Source: Faecousia sp.
Lineage (GTDB): Bacteria > Bacillota > Clostridia > Oscillospirales > Oscillospiraceae
Reading direction: 5' to 3'
Length of the DNA stretch: 64,000 nucleotides
NCBI GenBank assembly: GCA_045533345.1
Contig: JAZSHO010000171.1
Coordinates: 9,323-73,322 of the forward strand
The notes beneath the pieces were generated by a model. That model saw nothing but the letters and a program-made list of their open reading frames with translations, was not told the origin of the DNA and ran no database searches. The position numbers and the translations under genes are program-made. Each line of letters begins with the position of its first letter. The stretch's first letter is position 1. Positions 29,283 through 37,821 of this stretch are shown here, in pieces.

Positions 29283-30776
29283 ATGAAAAAAATGAAATGT
29301 TTGTCTTTCCTGCTTTCTGCGGCGCTGCTGCTGCAATCGGCAGTCTTTCCTGTGCACGCGGCAGAAAATCCGGAGACAGTACCAGTAACCACGGCTCCGG
29401 CCGCAACTGTTGGGGAAGAATATATTCCCGCCGCCGATATCCCCTTTGGCAGTGTCTGCATCCAGGAAGGCTGCCGCACCATTGAGGGTATGAATCCCCT
29501 GGCCGGCAGTGACCGGAAGGTGCCCACCGCCAAAGCTGTTTTTGTCTATGAGATGAACACTGACACGGTGATCTATGCCAATAACCCGGATGTTTCCGTG
29601 AATCCCGGTACCCTGGTGAAAATTGTGACGGCGCTTGTGGCTGTTGAGAACTGCGAAATGAACGAGATTGTCACCTGCTCCGAAGGTATTCAGTCCAAGA
29701 TTCCCTATGGCAGCCAGAACATTAAGCTCAAGAGTGGTGAGCAGCTGACCCTTGAGGAATTGCTGCACTGCATGCTTCTGCAGGGTGCCAATGATGCTGC
29801 TGTTGCCATTGCGGAACATGTGGGCGGTACCACTACGAATTTTAAGGAAATGATGAATGAACGTGTGGCGGAAATCGGCTGTACGGGCACGAATTTTGGC
29901 AACATTTCCGGCTTGACCACTGCATCGAACCATTCCACCGCCCGTGATATGGCGAAAATCGTGGTGGAAGCCTCCAAAAACGAGAATTTTATGAAGGTTT
30001 TTGGTGCTTCTGAGTATACGGTTCCTGCCACCAATATGTCGGATGAACGGGAATTCCAGACCACCAACTACATGCTCCAGAACAAAATCGTTACCAAATT
30101 TATCTACAAGGGTGTCACCGGCGGATATCAGAGCTGTATTGATGATGTGGATGCCAGTCTGGCCATCACAGCAGAGCGCAACGGTATGAAGCTGGTGTGT
30201 ATTGTTATGAATGCCACCCGTACCTACTTTCCTGAGGGCTGGCCTGTGGAATCCTACGGTAACTTCGAGGAGATGCTGGAAATCCTGAAGTTTGTTTTCG
30301 AAGGCTATAAGGTGGCCCAGATTCTCTACGACGGCCAGGCTTTGGAACAGTTTAAGGTTGCCGGCGGAGAATGTGATGTGGTAGGCTGCCCCAGGGTGAA
30401 TATTTCTTCCGTGCTGCCCAGTGAAGCCCATATGACCAATCTGATCATTGACCCGGATACCGGCGGTGAACTGTCCGCTCCGGTGAAGAAAGACGATAAG
30501 ATCGCCACGGTGGAAGTATGGTTCCGAAACTCCTGCTTGATGGAAGCGGAACTGTTCGCCATGAATGATGTAAAGACCCTGGAAGACTCTGCCCAGATTC
30601 AAAGCCTGGTAACCAAGACGGATGACGGAATGGGCAACATCATGAGCGTCATTGGCACGGTATGTGTGGTCATTCTTGGCGGTTTTGGTGCCTACTTGCT
30701 CTATGGCTATGCACGACGGGCCATTATCCGCCGCCAGCGCCGCCGCCGCAGATCCAACCGCAGAAGGAGCTATTGA
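29283..30776 (+). CDS. D-alanyl-D-alanine carboxypeptidase-like (S11) membrane protein; catalytic motifs look degenerate
   Basis: PGTLVKIVT, GANDAA, HSTARDMA; C-terminal TM and Arg-rich tail. Confidence 0.75.
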   Translation: MKKMKCLSFLLSAALLLQSAVFPVHAAENPETVPVTTAPAATVGEEYIPAADIPFGSVCIQEGCRTIEGMNPLAGSDRKVPTAKAVFVYEMNTDTVIYANNPDVSVNPGTLVKIVTALVAVENCEMNEIVTCSEGIQSKIPYGSQNIKLKSGEQLTLEELLHCMLLQGANDAAVAIAEHVGGTTTNFKEMMNERVAEIGCTGTNFGNISGLTTASNHSTARDMAKIVVEASKNENFMKVFGASEYTVPATNMSDEREFQTTNYMLQNKIVTKFIYKGVTGGYQSCIDDVDASLAITAERNGMKLVCIVMNATRTYFPEGWPVESYGNFEEMLEILKFVFEGYKVAQILYDGQALEQFKVAGGECDVVGCPRVNISSVLPSEAHMTNLIIDPDTGGELSAPVKKDDKIATVEVWFRNSCLMEAELFAMNDVKTLEDSAQIQSLVTKTDDGMGNIMSVIGTVCVVILGGFGAYLLYGYARRAIIRRQRRRRRSNRRRSY

Positions 30777-30777
30777 T

Positions 30778-31344
30778 ATGCTTACCTGGGAAGAACTGAA
30801 AGGTACCTGTGCAGACTGCAAGCGCTGCGGTCTTTGCGAGACCCGAAACAACGTGGTTTTCGGTGTTGGCAATGAGAGTGCGGATATTATGTTCATTGGC
30901 GAAGGTCCCGGGGAACAGGAGGACCTGCAGGGTCAGCCTTTTGTGGGTCCTGCGGGCAAGCTGCTGGATGATATGCTGTCCATTATCGACCTGTACCGCC
31001 AGGAAAACTGTTATATCGCCAACATTGTCAAGTGCCGTCCGCCCCGAAACCGGGACCCTCACGAAACCGAGCAGGATGCCTGCATCGGGTATCTTCGTAA
31101 CCAGGTGGCTCTGGTGCAGCCGAAGATCATTGTCTGCCTGGGCCGGATTGCCGCCAAGCGGATCATCGATCCGGAGTACCGTATCACCCGCCAGCACGGT
31201 GGGTGGGTGCAGAAAAACGGCATCTGGATGACGGCAATCTACCATCCCTCTGCCTTACTGCGGGACGTCAGCAAACGGCCGGAAACCTTTGATGACCTTC
31301 TCTCCATCCGGGAGAAGATCAAAGAGGTTGAGGCGAAAACCTAA
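30778..31344 (+). CDS. Family 4 uracil-DNA glycosylase (Fe-S)
   Basis: CKRC, GEGPG, PFVGPAG, KCRPPRNRDP, YHPS. Confidence 0.92.
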   Translation: MLTWEELKGTCADCKRCGLCETRNNVVFGVGNESADIMFIGEGPGEQEDLQGQPFVGPAGKLLDDMLSIIDLYRQENCYIANIVKCRPPRNRDPHETEQDACIGYLRNQVALVQPKIIVCLGRIAAKRIIDPEYRITRQHGGWVQKNGIWMTAIYHPSALLRDVSKRPETFDDLLSIREKIKEVEAKT

Positions 31345-31351
31345 AAAGATA

Positions 31352-31380
31352 TTGACTTTTAGCCCGATTGCCGATATAAT
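31352..31380 (+). promoter_or_regulatory. SigA promoter of tRNA-Thr
   Basis: TTGACT-17-TATAAT. Confidence 0.75.
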
Positions 31381-31397
31381 AATCGGGCTAAATATCT

Positions 31398-31473
31398 GCT
31401 AGTGTAGCACAGTCGGTAGTGCATCTCACTCGTAATGAGAAGGTCGCCTGTTCGAGTCAGGTCACTAGCTCCA
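31398..31473 (+). tRNA. tRNA-Thr(CGT)
   Basis: Cloverleaf GCTAGTG/CACTAGC, anticodon arm TCTCA-CT-CGT-AA-TGAGA, TTCGA loop, encoded CCA. Confidence 0.95.
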
Positions 31474-31510
31474 AAAAGAGCCAATCCCATCGGGGTTGGC
31501 TCTTTTTGAA

Positions 31511-31669
31511 TGGGAAACTGACACGAACGATAAAATACAACACTCCGGTGGAGTGTTGTTCGCCGGGAAGGGCCCCGGCGACACCATAATTTCGGGTACT
31601 GCCCGAAATGCAACGAGTCAGGTCACTAGCTCCAAAAAGAGCCAATCCCATCGGGGTTGGCTCTTTTTG
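31511..31669 (+). repeat. tRNA-associated palindromic element (Thr copy) with duplicated tRNA 3' end and terminator
   Basis: Inverted arm 31518-31527; CAACACTCCGGTGGAGTGTTG 31538-31558; 31614-31669 identical to 31453-31508. Confidence 0.85.
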
Positions 31670-31754
31670 TGTCTTAGACAGTATTTTCGCTTCGTGCGTT
31701 GCTTTATCGTTCAATCGATGCTATAATCCTACCAGAATCTGCGAGGTGATCTCC

Positions 31755-33482
31755 TTGAAAAAACTCTTGAAATATATGAAAGGCTACGGTAAAGAGTGTG
31801 TCCTAGGGCCGCTCTTTAAGCTGCTGGAAGCCACGTTTGAACTGTTTATCCCCCTGGTAGTTGCCAATATTGTGGACAAGGGCATTGCGAGCGGTGATAA
31901 TCCCTATATTTTCAAAATGTGCGGTGTCATGATCCTGCTGGGGATTGTGGGCCTGATCAGCGCCGTAACGGCCCAGTATTTTTCTGCCGTGGCCGCTGTG
32001 GGCTTTTCCACCCGGCTACGCCATGCGGTGCTGGATCATATCCTTGGTCTCAGCTACAGTCAGATCGATACCCTTGGCACCTCCACCATGATCACCCGGA
32101 TGACCTCGGACATCAACCAGGTCCAGAACGGTGTGAATCTGACCCTGCGGCTGTTGCTGCGGTCTCCTTTTGTGGTGTTCGGGGCCATGATCATGGCCTT
32201 TACCATCGACTTCCAGGCGGCGTTGGTGTTTGCCGGGGTGATTCCGGTGCTGTGTTTGATCGTGTTCGGTATCATGCTGATCACCATGCCTATGTACAAG
32301 CGGGTCCAGGCGGCCCTGGACGGTGTCACATCTGCCACCCGTCAGAATCTCACCGGAGTTCGGGTCCTCCGTGCTTTCTGCAAGGAGGAGGCGGAAGCAG
32401 AGGAATTTTCCCAGAAGACCGATCATCTGGCCCAGCGGCAGCTGTCCGCCGGCGGTATCTCGGCGCTGATGAATCCCATCACCTTTGTGGTGATCAACCT
32501 GGCGGTTGTTCTTCTGGTCCGGGTGGGCGCGTTGAAAGTCGAAAGCGGAATTCTGACCCAGGGCCTGGTTATTGCCCTTTATAACTATATGTCCCAGATT
32601 CTGGTGGAGCTGATCAAGATGGCAAACTTGATCATCACCGTCACCAAGGCTGTTGCTTGCGGAAACCGGGTCCAGTCTGTGCTGGAGCTGGAAAGCGACC
32701 AGGAAAACGGTACGCTTTCTGCCGATTCCCTCCGGGGCCAGGTGGAATTCCGGAATGTGACCGCTCAGTACGCCGGCGCAGCGGAGCCTTCTCTGGAACG
32801 TATTTCTTTTACCGCCCAGCCTGGCCAGACCATCGGCATCATCGGCGGTACGGGTTCCGGTAAGTCTACCCTGGTGAATTTGATCCCCCGGCTATACGAT
32901 TCTGCGGAAGGTACTGTCCTGCTGGACGGCAAAGGGGCAGGGGAGTACGACATGATTTCCCTGCGGCAGCAGATTGGCATTGTCCCCCAGAAGGCGGTCC
33001 TCTTTAAGGGTACCATCCGCCAAAACCTGCTCTGGGGCAATGAAACTGCCACAGAAGCGGACCTTTGGGCGGCCCTGGAAACCGCCCAGGCCAGGGAAGT
33101 GGTAAAGGACAAGGAAGGGGAGCTGGATGCGCCCGTAGAGCAGAACGGTGTCAACTTTTCCGGCGGTCAGCGCCAGCGTCTGACCATCGCCAGAGCCCTG
33201 GTGCGCAAACCGAAGATTCTGATTCTGGACGACAGCGCATCAGCCCTGGACTATGCCACCGATGCTAACCTCCGGATGGCCATTCGAAAAATGGAGAATC
33301 CCCCCACTACCTTCATCGTGTCCCAGCGGGCCGCCTCGGTGCGCTATGCCGATGAAATCCTGGTTCTGGATGACGGGCAACTGGTGGGTAAGGGAACCCA
33401 CGATGCCTTGCTGGAAAGCTGCCCTGTTTACCAGGAAATCTACTATTCCCAGTTTCCCAAGGAGGTGAGCGGCCATGCGTGA
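31755..33482 (+). CDS. ABC exporter, fused permease/ATPase (degenerate half of a heterodimer)
   Basis: GGTGSGKS, FSGGQRQR, LILDDSASALD; TTG start after GAGGTG. Confidence 0.92.
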   Translation: MKKLLKYMKGYGKECVLGPLFKLLEATFELFIPLVVANIVDKGIASGDNPYIFKMCGVMILLGIVGLISAVTAQYFSAVAAVGFSTRLRHAVLDHILGLSYSQIDTLGTSTMITRMTSDINQVQNGVNLTLRLLLRSPFVVFGAMIMAFTIDFQAALVFAGVIPVLCLIVFGIMLITMPMYKRVQAALDGVTSATRQNLTGVRVLRAFCKEEAEAEEFSQKTDHLAQRQLSAGGISALMNPITFVVINLAVVLLVRVGALKVESGILTQGLVIALYNYMSQILVELIKMANLIITVTKAVACGNRVQSVLELESDQENGTLSADSLRGQVEFRNVTAQYAGAAEPSLERISFTAQPGQTIGIIGGTGSGKSTLVNLIPRLYDSAEGTVLLDGKGAGEYDMISLRQQIGIVPQKAVLFKGTIRQNLLWGNETATEADLWAALETAQAREVVKDKEGELDAPVEQNGVNFSGGQRQRLTIARALVRKPKILILDDSASALDYATDANLRMAIRKMENPPTTFIVSQRAASVRYADEILVLDDGQLVGKGTHDALLESCPVYQEIYYSQFPKEVSGHA

Positions 33483-35214
33483 CCAGATTTCTGTCTTGAA
33501 AAAAGTGCTGCATCGCATCCGCCGCTATTGGCTGAGTCTGGCGGCCTCCCTGGTCCTTGCTACGGTGTATGTGGTCATGACTCTGTATATCCCCATTCTG
33601 GTGGGTAATGCCATTGACTGTATTATTGAGGCAGGCCATGTTGACTTTGCGGCCATGGGCGGACATTTGAAAAATGTAGCACTCTGCGCCCTTGTAGCAG
33701 CGTTATCCCAGTGGGTCATGAGCCAGCTGGGCAACCGCATGACCTATCATGTGAGCCGGGACATCCGCCAGGAGGCCTTTGCCCACATCCAGAAGCTGCC
33801 TCTGTCCTACCTGGACAAGCACAGCCAGGGCGATGTGGTCAGCCGGGTGGTGTCCGATGTGGATACCTTTGCGGATGGCCTGCTGCTGGGCTTTACCCAG
33901 CTGTTTACCGGCGTTATGACCATTCTCGGCACGCTGCTGTTTATGCTGCGGCTCCATTGGGGCATTACTCTGGTAGTGGTCTGTATCACGCCTCTGTCTC
34001 TGGTAGTTGCCAACTTTATCGCTACCCGTACCTATTCCATGTTCAAGCTGCAAACCGTCACCCGGGGCGAGCAGACGGGCCTCATCGATGAAACTATCGG
34101 TAATATCAAAGTGGTTCGTGCCTTTGGCCATGAAGGGGCCACCATGGAGCAGTTTGACGAAATCAACGGACGGCTGCAGAAGGCATCCTTGCGGGCCATT
34201 TTCTTCTCGTCCTTGACAAACCCCTGCACCCGTTTTGTCAATTCTGTGGTCTATGCGGGCGTTGGCCTCACCGGCGCACTGGTTGCCATTTCCGGCGGTA
34301 TTTCCGTAGGTAATCTGACCAGCTTCTTAAATTACGCCAATCAGTACACCAAGCCATTCAATGAGATTTCCGGTGTTGTGACGGAACTGCAGAATGCCCT
34401 TGCCTGCGCCGGGCGGGTCTTTGAATTGATTGAGGCTCCCGCCATGCCTGCAGAACCGGAGCATCCAGCCAAGCCGGAAACCCTCCGGGGCGCCGTGGAA
34501 ATCCGGGATTTAAGTTTTTCTTATGTCCCCGAAAAGCCCCTCATCGGCGATTTCAACCTGTCTGTCAAACCCGGTCAGCGTGTGGCCATCGTCGGTCCCA
34601 CCGGCTGCGGCAAAACCACCTTCATCAATCTGCTGATGCGGTTCTATGACCCCAACGGGGGAGAAATCTGCATTGACGGAATCAACACCCGGCACATGAG
34701 CAGAAAAGAATTGCGCCGCAGTGTGGGCATGGTGCTGCAGGATACCTGGCTGAAGGCCGGAACCATCCGGGAAAATATAGCCATGGGCAAGCCGGATGCC
34801 ACCGAGGAAGAAATCGTTGCCGCTGCCAAACAAGCCCATGCCCACAGCTTTATCAAACGGCTGCCCCAGGGCTATGACACCCAAATTGCCGAAAACGGCG
34901 GTAATCTGTCCCAGGGACAGAAACAGCTGCTGTGCATCGCCCGGGTTATGCTGTGCCTGCCGCCCATGCTGTTCCTGGACGAAGCAACCTCGTCCATTGA
35001 TACCCGAACAGAGGCCCGAATCCAGAAAGCCTTTGACACCATGATGGAGGGAAGAACTTCTTTCATCGTGGCCCACCGGTTATCCACCATCCAGGAAGCG
35101 GATTTGATTCTGATGATGAAAGACGGCCACATTGTGGAGCAGGGAAAACATGAGGAACTGCTTCGTAAGCGCGGCTTCTATTCCCAGCTGTATTTAAGCC
35201 AGTTTGCCCATTGA
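33475..35214 (+). CDS. ABC exporter, fused permease/ATPase (consensus half)
   Basis: GPTGCGKT, LSQGQKQL, LDEATSSID, AHRL. Confidence 0.93.
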   Translation: MRDQISVLKKVLHRIRRYWLSLAASLVLATVYVVMTLYIPILVGNAIDCIIEAGHVDFAAMGGHLKNVALCALVAALSQWVMSQLGNRMTYHVSRDIRQEAFAHIQKLPLSYLDKHSQGDVVSRVVSDVDTFADGLLLGFTQLFTGVMTILGTLLFMLRLHWGITLVVVCITPLSLVVANFIATRTYSMFKLQTVTRGEQTGLIDETIGNIKVVRAFGHEGATMEQFDEINGRLQKASLRAIFFSSLTNPCTRFVNSVVYAGVGLTGALVAISGGISVGNLTSFLNYANQYTKPFNEISGVVTELQNALACAGRVFELIEAPAMPAEPEHPAKPETLRGAVEIRDLSFSYVPEKPLIGDFNLSVKPGQRVAIVGPTGCGKTTFINLLMRFYDPNGGEICIDGINTRHMSRKELRRSVGMVLQDTWLKAGTIRENIAMGKPDATEEEIVAAAKQAHAHSFIKRLPQGYDTQIAENGGNLSQGQKQLLCIARVMLCLPPMLFLDEATSSIDTRTEARIQKAFDTMMEGRTSFIVAHRLSTIQEADLILMMKDGHIVEQGKHEELLRKRGFYSQLYLSQFAH

Positions 35215-35217
35215 TTC

Positions 35218-35250
35218 TTTCTCCCTCCCCGAACAGGGAGGGAGAAAAAT
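35218..35250. terminator. Intrinsic terminator hairpin
   Basis: TTTCTCCCTCCC-...-GGGAGGGAGAAA. Confidence 0.6.
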
Positions 35251-35273
35251 TTAGAAAAAAGGAAAAATAGTGC

Positions 35274-35302
35274 TTGACAAATAGGGAAGTATGTTGTATT
35301 AT
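35274..35302 (+). promoter_or_regulatory. SigA promoter of tRNA-Ser
   Basis: TTGACA-17-TATTAT. Confidence 0.75.
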
Positions 35303-35331
35303 ATGCAGGTCGGCAAGAGCTGAACGCACAT

Positions 35332-35423
35332 GGAGAAGTCGCGTAGCTGGCCGAGCGCGCACGATTGGAAATCGTGTATACCCCAAAAGGGTATCGAGGG
35401 TTCAAATCCCTCCTTCTCCGCCA
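35332..35423 (+). tRNA. tRNA-Ser(GGA)
   Basis: GGAGAAG/CTTCTCC acceptor stem, CACGA-TT-GGA-AA-TCGTG anticodon arm, long variable arm, GCCA end. Confidence 0.95.
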
Positions 35424-36345
35424 AATAAGAACCATATTAGGATACGATACTGTGTCCCAATATGGTTCTTTTTTTATTGATTTTATGGATATTTTGAAAT
35501 ACAATATTCATACTGACTGATCGATAAACTTGAATTTGGCGAACAGAATACACAGGACATAATGTGTCTACCTCGAAACCACGGCATTTCTCGCTTTGTG
35601 TCGTGGTTTTCTTGATGAACCAATGATATGATTTCCACGAAAGGAGGGGTGTGAATGAACCAACAAAAAATGGGTGAATTTCTGAAACACCTTCGTAAGG
35701 ACAAAGGGTTGACCCAAGAACAACTGGCAGAACACTTCTATGTTTCCTCTCGAACCGTATCACGATGGGAAACTGGGAGCAATATGCCCGATGTGGAGAT
35801 GCTCATTGAACTTGCCGACTTCTATGATGTAGATATTCGTGAAATCATTGATGGAGAAAGGAAAAGCGAGAACATGGATAACGAAACCAAGGATACACTG
35901 ATAAAGGTAGCAGAATACGCCACCGAAGAAAGCAATAAGCGCAAAGAGAGATTACGCACCATGTTGGCAGGTTCTACCTGCTTGATGCTACTTAGTTATT
36001 TGCTTTTTGGAAGCGAGCACAAAGGGCGACTCAACGGCATTATTCCCGAAGCAATTTGTGGTGATATTATGTCGTTTGTTATCGGTCTTTCCGTTGCTTC
36101 ATTGGCATTGTATGCTCTGCACTGTTTGGGTGCCTTTGATAAAATTGGTCAATGGAAAAAGAATCGCAGAGAAAACAAGCGTTAACCCCTATATATCAAA
36201 TTCCAATATGTCGCACTGTTTAATCCTAAGGATATTGGCATGATTGTTCTGAACCCTCGCAGAAAAAATGAACCCCCTTGCGCGTAGGGGGTTCACATAG
36301 AATTGGTTCAACCGATTCTTGTATCCTAATAACTGTCATTTGCCA
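35424..36345. mobile_element. Small AT-richer insertion at the tRNA-Ser 3' end carrying one XRE gene
   Basis: Separates the tRNA from its palindromic element; ends in GCCA followed by a terminator; internal inverted motifs; no recombinase gene. Confidence 0.5.
35655..36185 (+). CDS. XRE-family HTH regulator with C-terminal TM helices
   Basis: LRKDKGLTQEQLAEHFYVSSRTVSRWETGSNMPD; AGGAGG RBS. Confidence 0.9.
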   Translation: MNQQKMGEFLKHLRKDKGLTQEQLAEHFYVSSRTVSRWETGSNMPDVEMLIELADFYDVDIREIIDGERKSENMDNETKDTLIKVAEYATEESNKRKERLRTMLAGSTCLMLLSYLLFGSEHKGRLNGIIPEAICGDIMSFVIGLSVASLALYALHCLGAFDKIGQWKKNRRENKR

Positions 36346-36393
36346 AAAGAAAACCCCAATCCTAACGGATTGGGGTTTTTCTTTTGACGAAAA

Positions 36394-36501
36394 GAGAAGA
36401 GGGATTTGAAGATTTAACTGCAACAGTCCGGTGGACTGTTGCAGCCACCAGTTCAAAAACTGGTGGCATCCATAATGTACCAAATCCCTCCTTCTCCGCC
36501 A
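36394..36501 (+). repeat. tRNA-associated palindromic element (Ser copy)
   Basis: Inverted arm GAGAAGAGGGATTTGAA; CTGCAACAGTCCGGTGGACTGTTGCAG; direct copy CAAATCCCTCCTTCTCCGCCA (same as 35403-35423). Confidence 0.85.
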
Positions 36502-36527
36502 GATCCCAATCCGGTGGAAGTCTGGAG

Positions 36528-37016
36528 TTATTCCAGCACTAGCTCCATTTTATACCGAGCCACAAACTCGCCATTGGACATTTCCTCTGTGAGTGCTTCG
36601 GTAACTGTGAATCCACATTTCTTGTAGCAGGCTTGAGCCTTGCGGTTTTCTTGATCGGTATAAAGTGCAATTTTTTGATAGTTTCTACATTTCAGTAACG
36701 AAATAATCTGACTTATGGAATAGGTGCCAATCCCTTTGCAATGATGGCAAGGCCGTATTACCACCAGCTTAAGATAAACAGTTTTATCTGCATTGCACAG
36801 CCCATTTATTCCTAACCAACCGATTGGTGTTTCACTGTCGCAAATGATGTAGTCTTCTTCATCCTGGTCGGTTTTCCATTCTTTGATAGCATCTTCCCAA
36901 TCACACAGCTGTGTAGGCACCTCCTTTAGTGCATCTAGAATTGCTTCGTCGTTCATGATAGAAAACAAGAATTGAGCATCATTGTCATTTACCATGCGGA
37001 GTTTAATATGATTCAT
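36528..37016 (-). CDS. GNAT N-acetyltransferase (AT-richer, accessory-looking)
   Basis: HCKGIGT motif A, NRKAQACYKKCGF. Confidence 0.85.
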   Translation of the reverse strand: MNHIKLRMVNDNDAQFLFSIMNDEAILDALKEVPTQLCDWEDAIKEWKTDQDEEDYIICDSETPIGWLGINGLCNADKTVYLKLVVIRPCHHCKGIGTYSISQIISLLKCRNYQKIALYTDQENRKAQACYKKCGFTVTEALTEEMSNGEFVARYKMELVLE

Positions 37017-37263
37017 CCACTTACCCCTTAGTAATCAAATAGCCTCATTTGGCATGTTTACTATACCTCAGTTCTAGTCATAAAACAATAGATACATTTT
37101 GTCATTCTAAAATTGGAACCAGGTCTTTTTACACAATCAGCCAAATAAAAAAGCATATCAGAAATATTATTCTTTCTTTTTTATATGAATGATGCAATGT
37201 TCTCCATTTTTTCCCGTGTAGATAAGTGAAAGGCCCTTTCAAGAAAGATAAGGAGGTGTTTGT

Positions 37264-37821
37264 ATGGAAGACAGTTCTATCGTGGATCTGTATTTTCTTC
37301 GGTCCGAATCTGCCATCGTAGAAACGGACAGAAAGTACGGCAGATACTGCTTCACCATCGCCGATAATATCCTGTCCAACAGAGAAGACAGCGAAGAGAG
37401 TGTGAGCGATACCTATCTGGCTGCCTGGAAGTCCATTCCGCCCCGCCGTCCTGCCATACTGTCTACCTATTTGGGAAAAATCACCCGCCGGATCGCCATT
37501 GACCGCTGGCGCGCACGGTCAGCAGACAAACGGGGCGGCGGTGAAGTGATCCTGGCTTTGGAGGAATTACAGGAATGTGTTTCTGACCGCAGTAACCCGG
37601 AAGAATTTGCAGCAAAGAAAGAGCTTGGCCGTAGCATTAACCGCTTTCTGGACGGACTTCCCGTGCAGGAGCGTAATGTATTTCTTCTTAGGTACTGGTA
37701 TCTGCATTCCGTTGCCGAAATCGCGGCTAAATTCGGCTGGTCCCAGAGTAAGGTCACATCCATGCTCTACCGCATGCGCAAAAAACTACATAAGCAGCTG
37801 ATCAAGGAGGGCCAGATATGA
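37264..37821 (+). CDS. ECF RNA polymerase sigma factor
   Basis: DSEESVSDTYLAAW region 2; ERNVFLLRYWYLHSVAEIA region 4. Confidence 0.9.
   Translation: MEDSSIVDLYFLRSESAIVETDRKYGRYCFTIADNILSNREDSEESVSDTYLAAWKSIPPRRPAILSTYLGKITRRIAIDRWRARSADKRGGGEVILALEELQECVSDRSNPEEFAAKKELGRSINRFLDGLPVQERNVFLLRYWYLHSVAEIAAKFGWSQSKVTSMLYRMRKKLHKQLIKEGQI

Noticed and set aside
35403-36501. Classical prophage/ICE attL-attR pairs at the tRNAs
   Set aside because: No integrase is present, three of the four intervals are under about 170 bp, and the inverted arms are not explained by simple integration.
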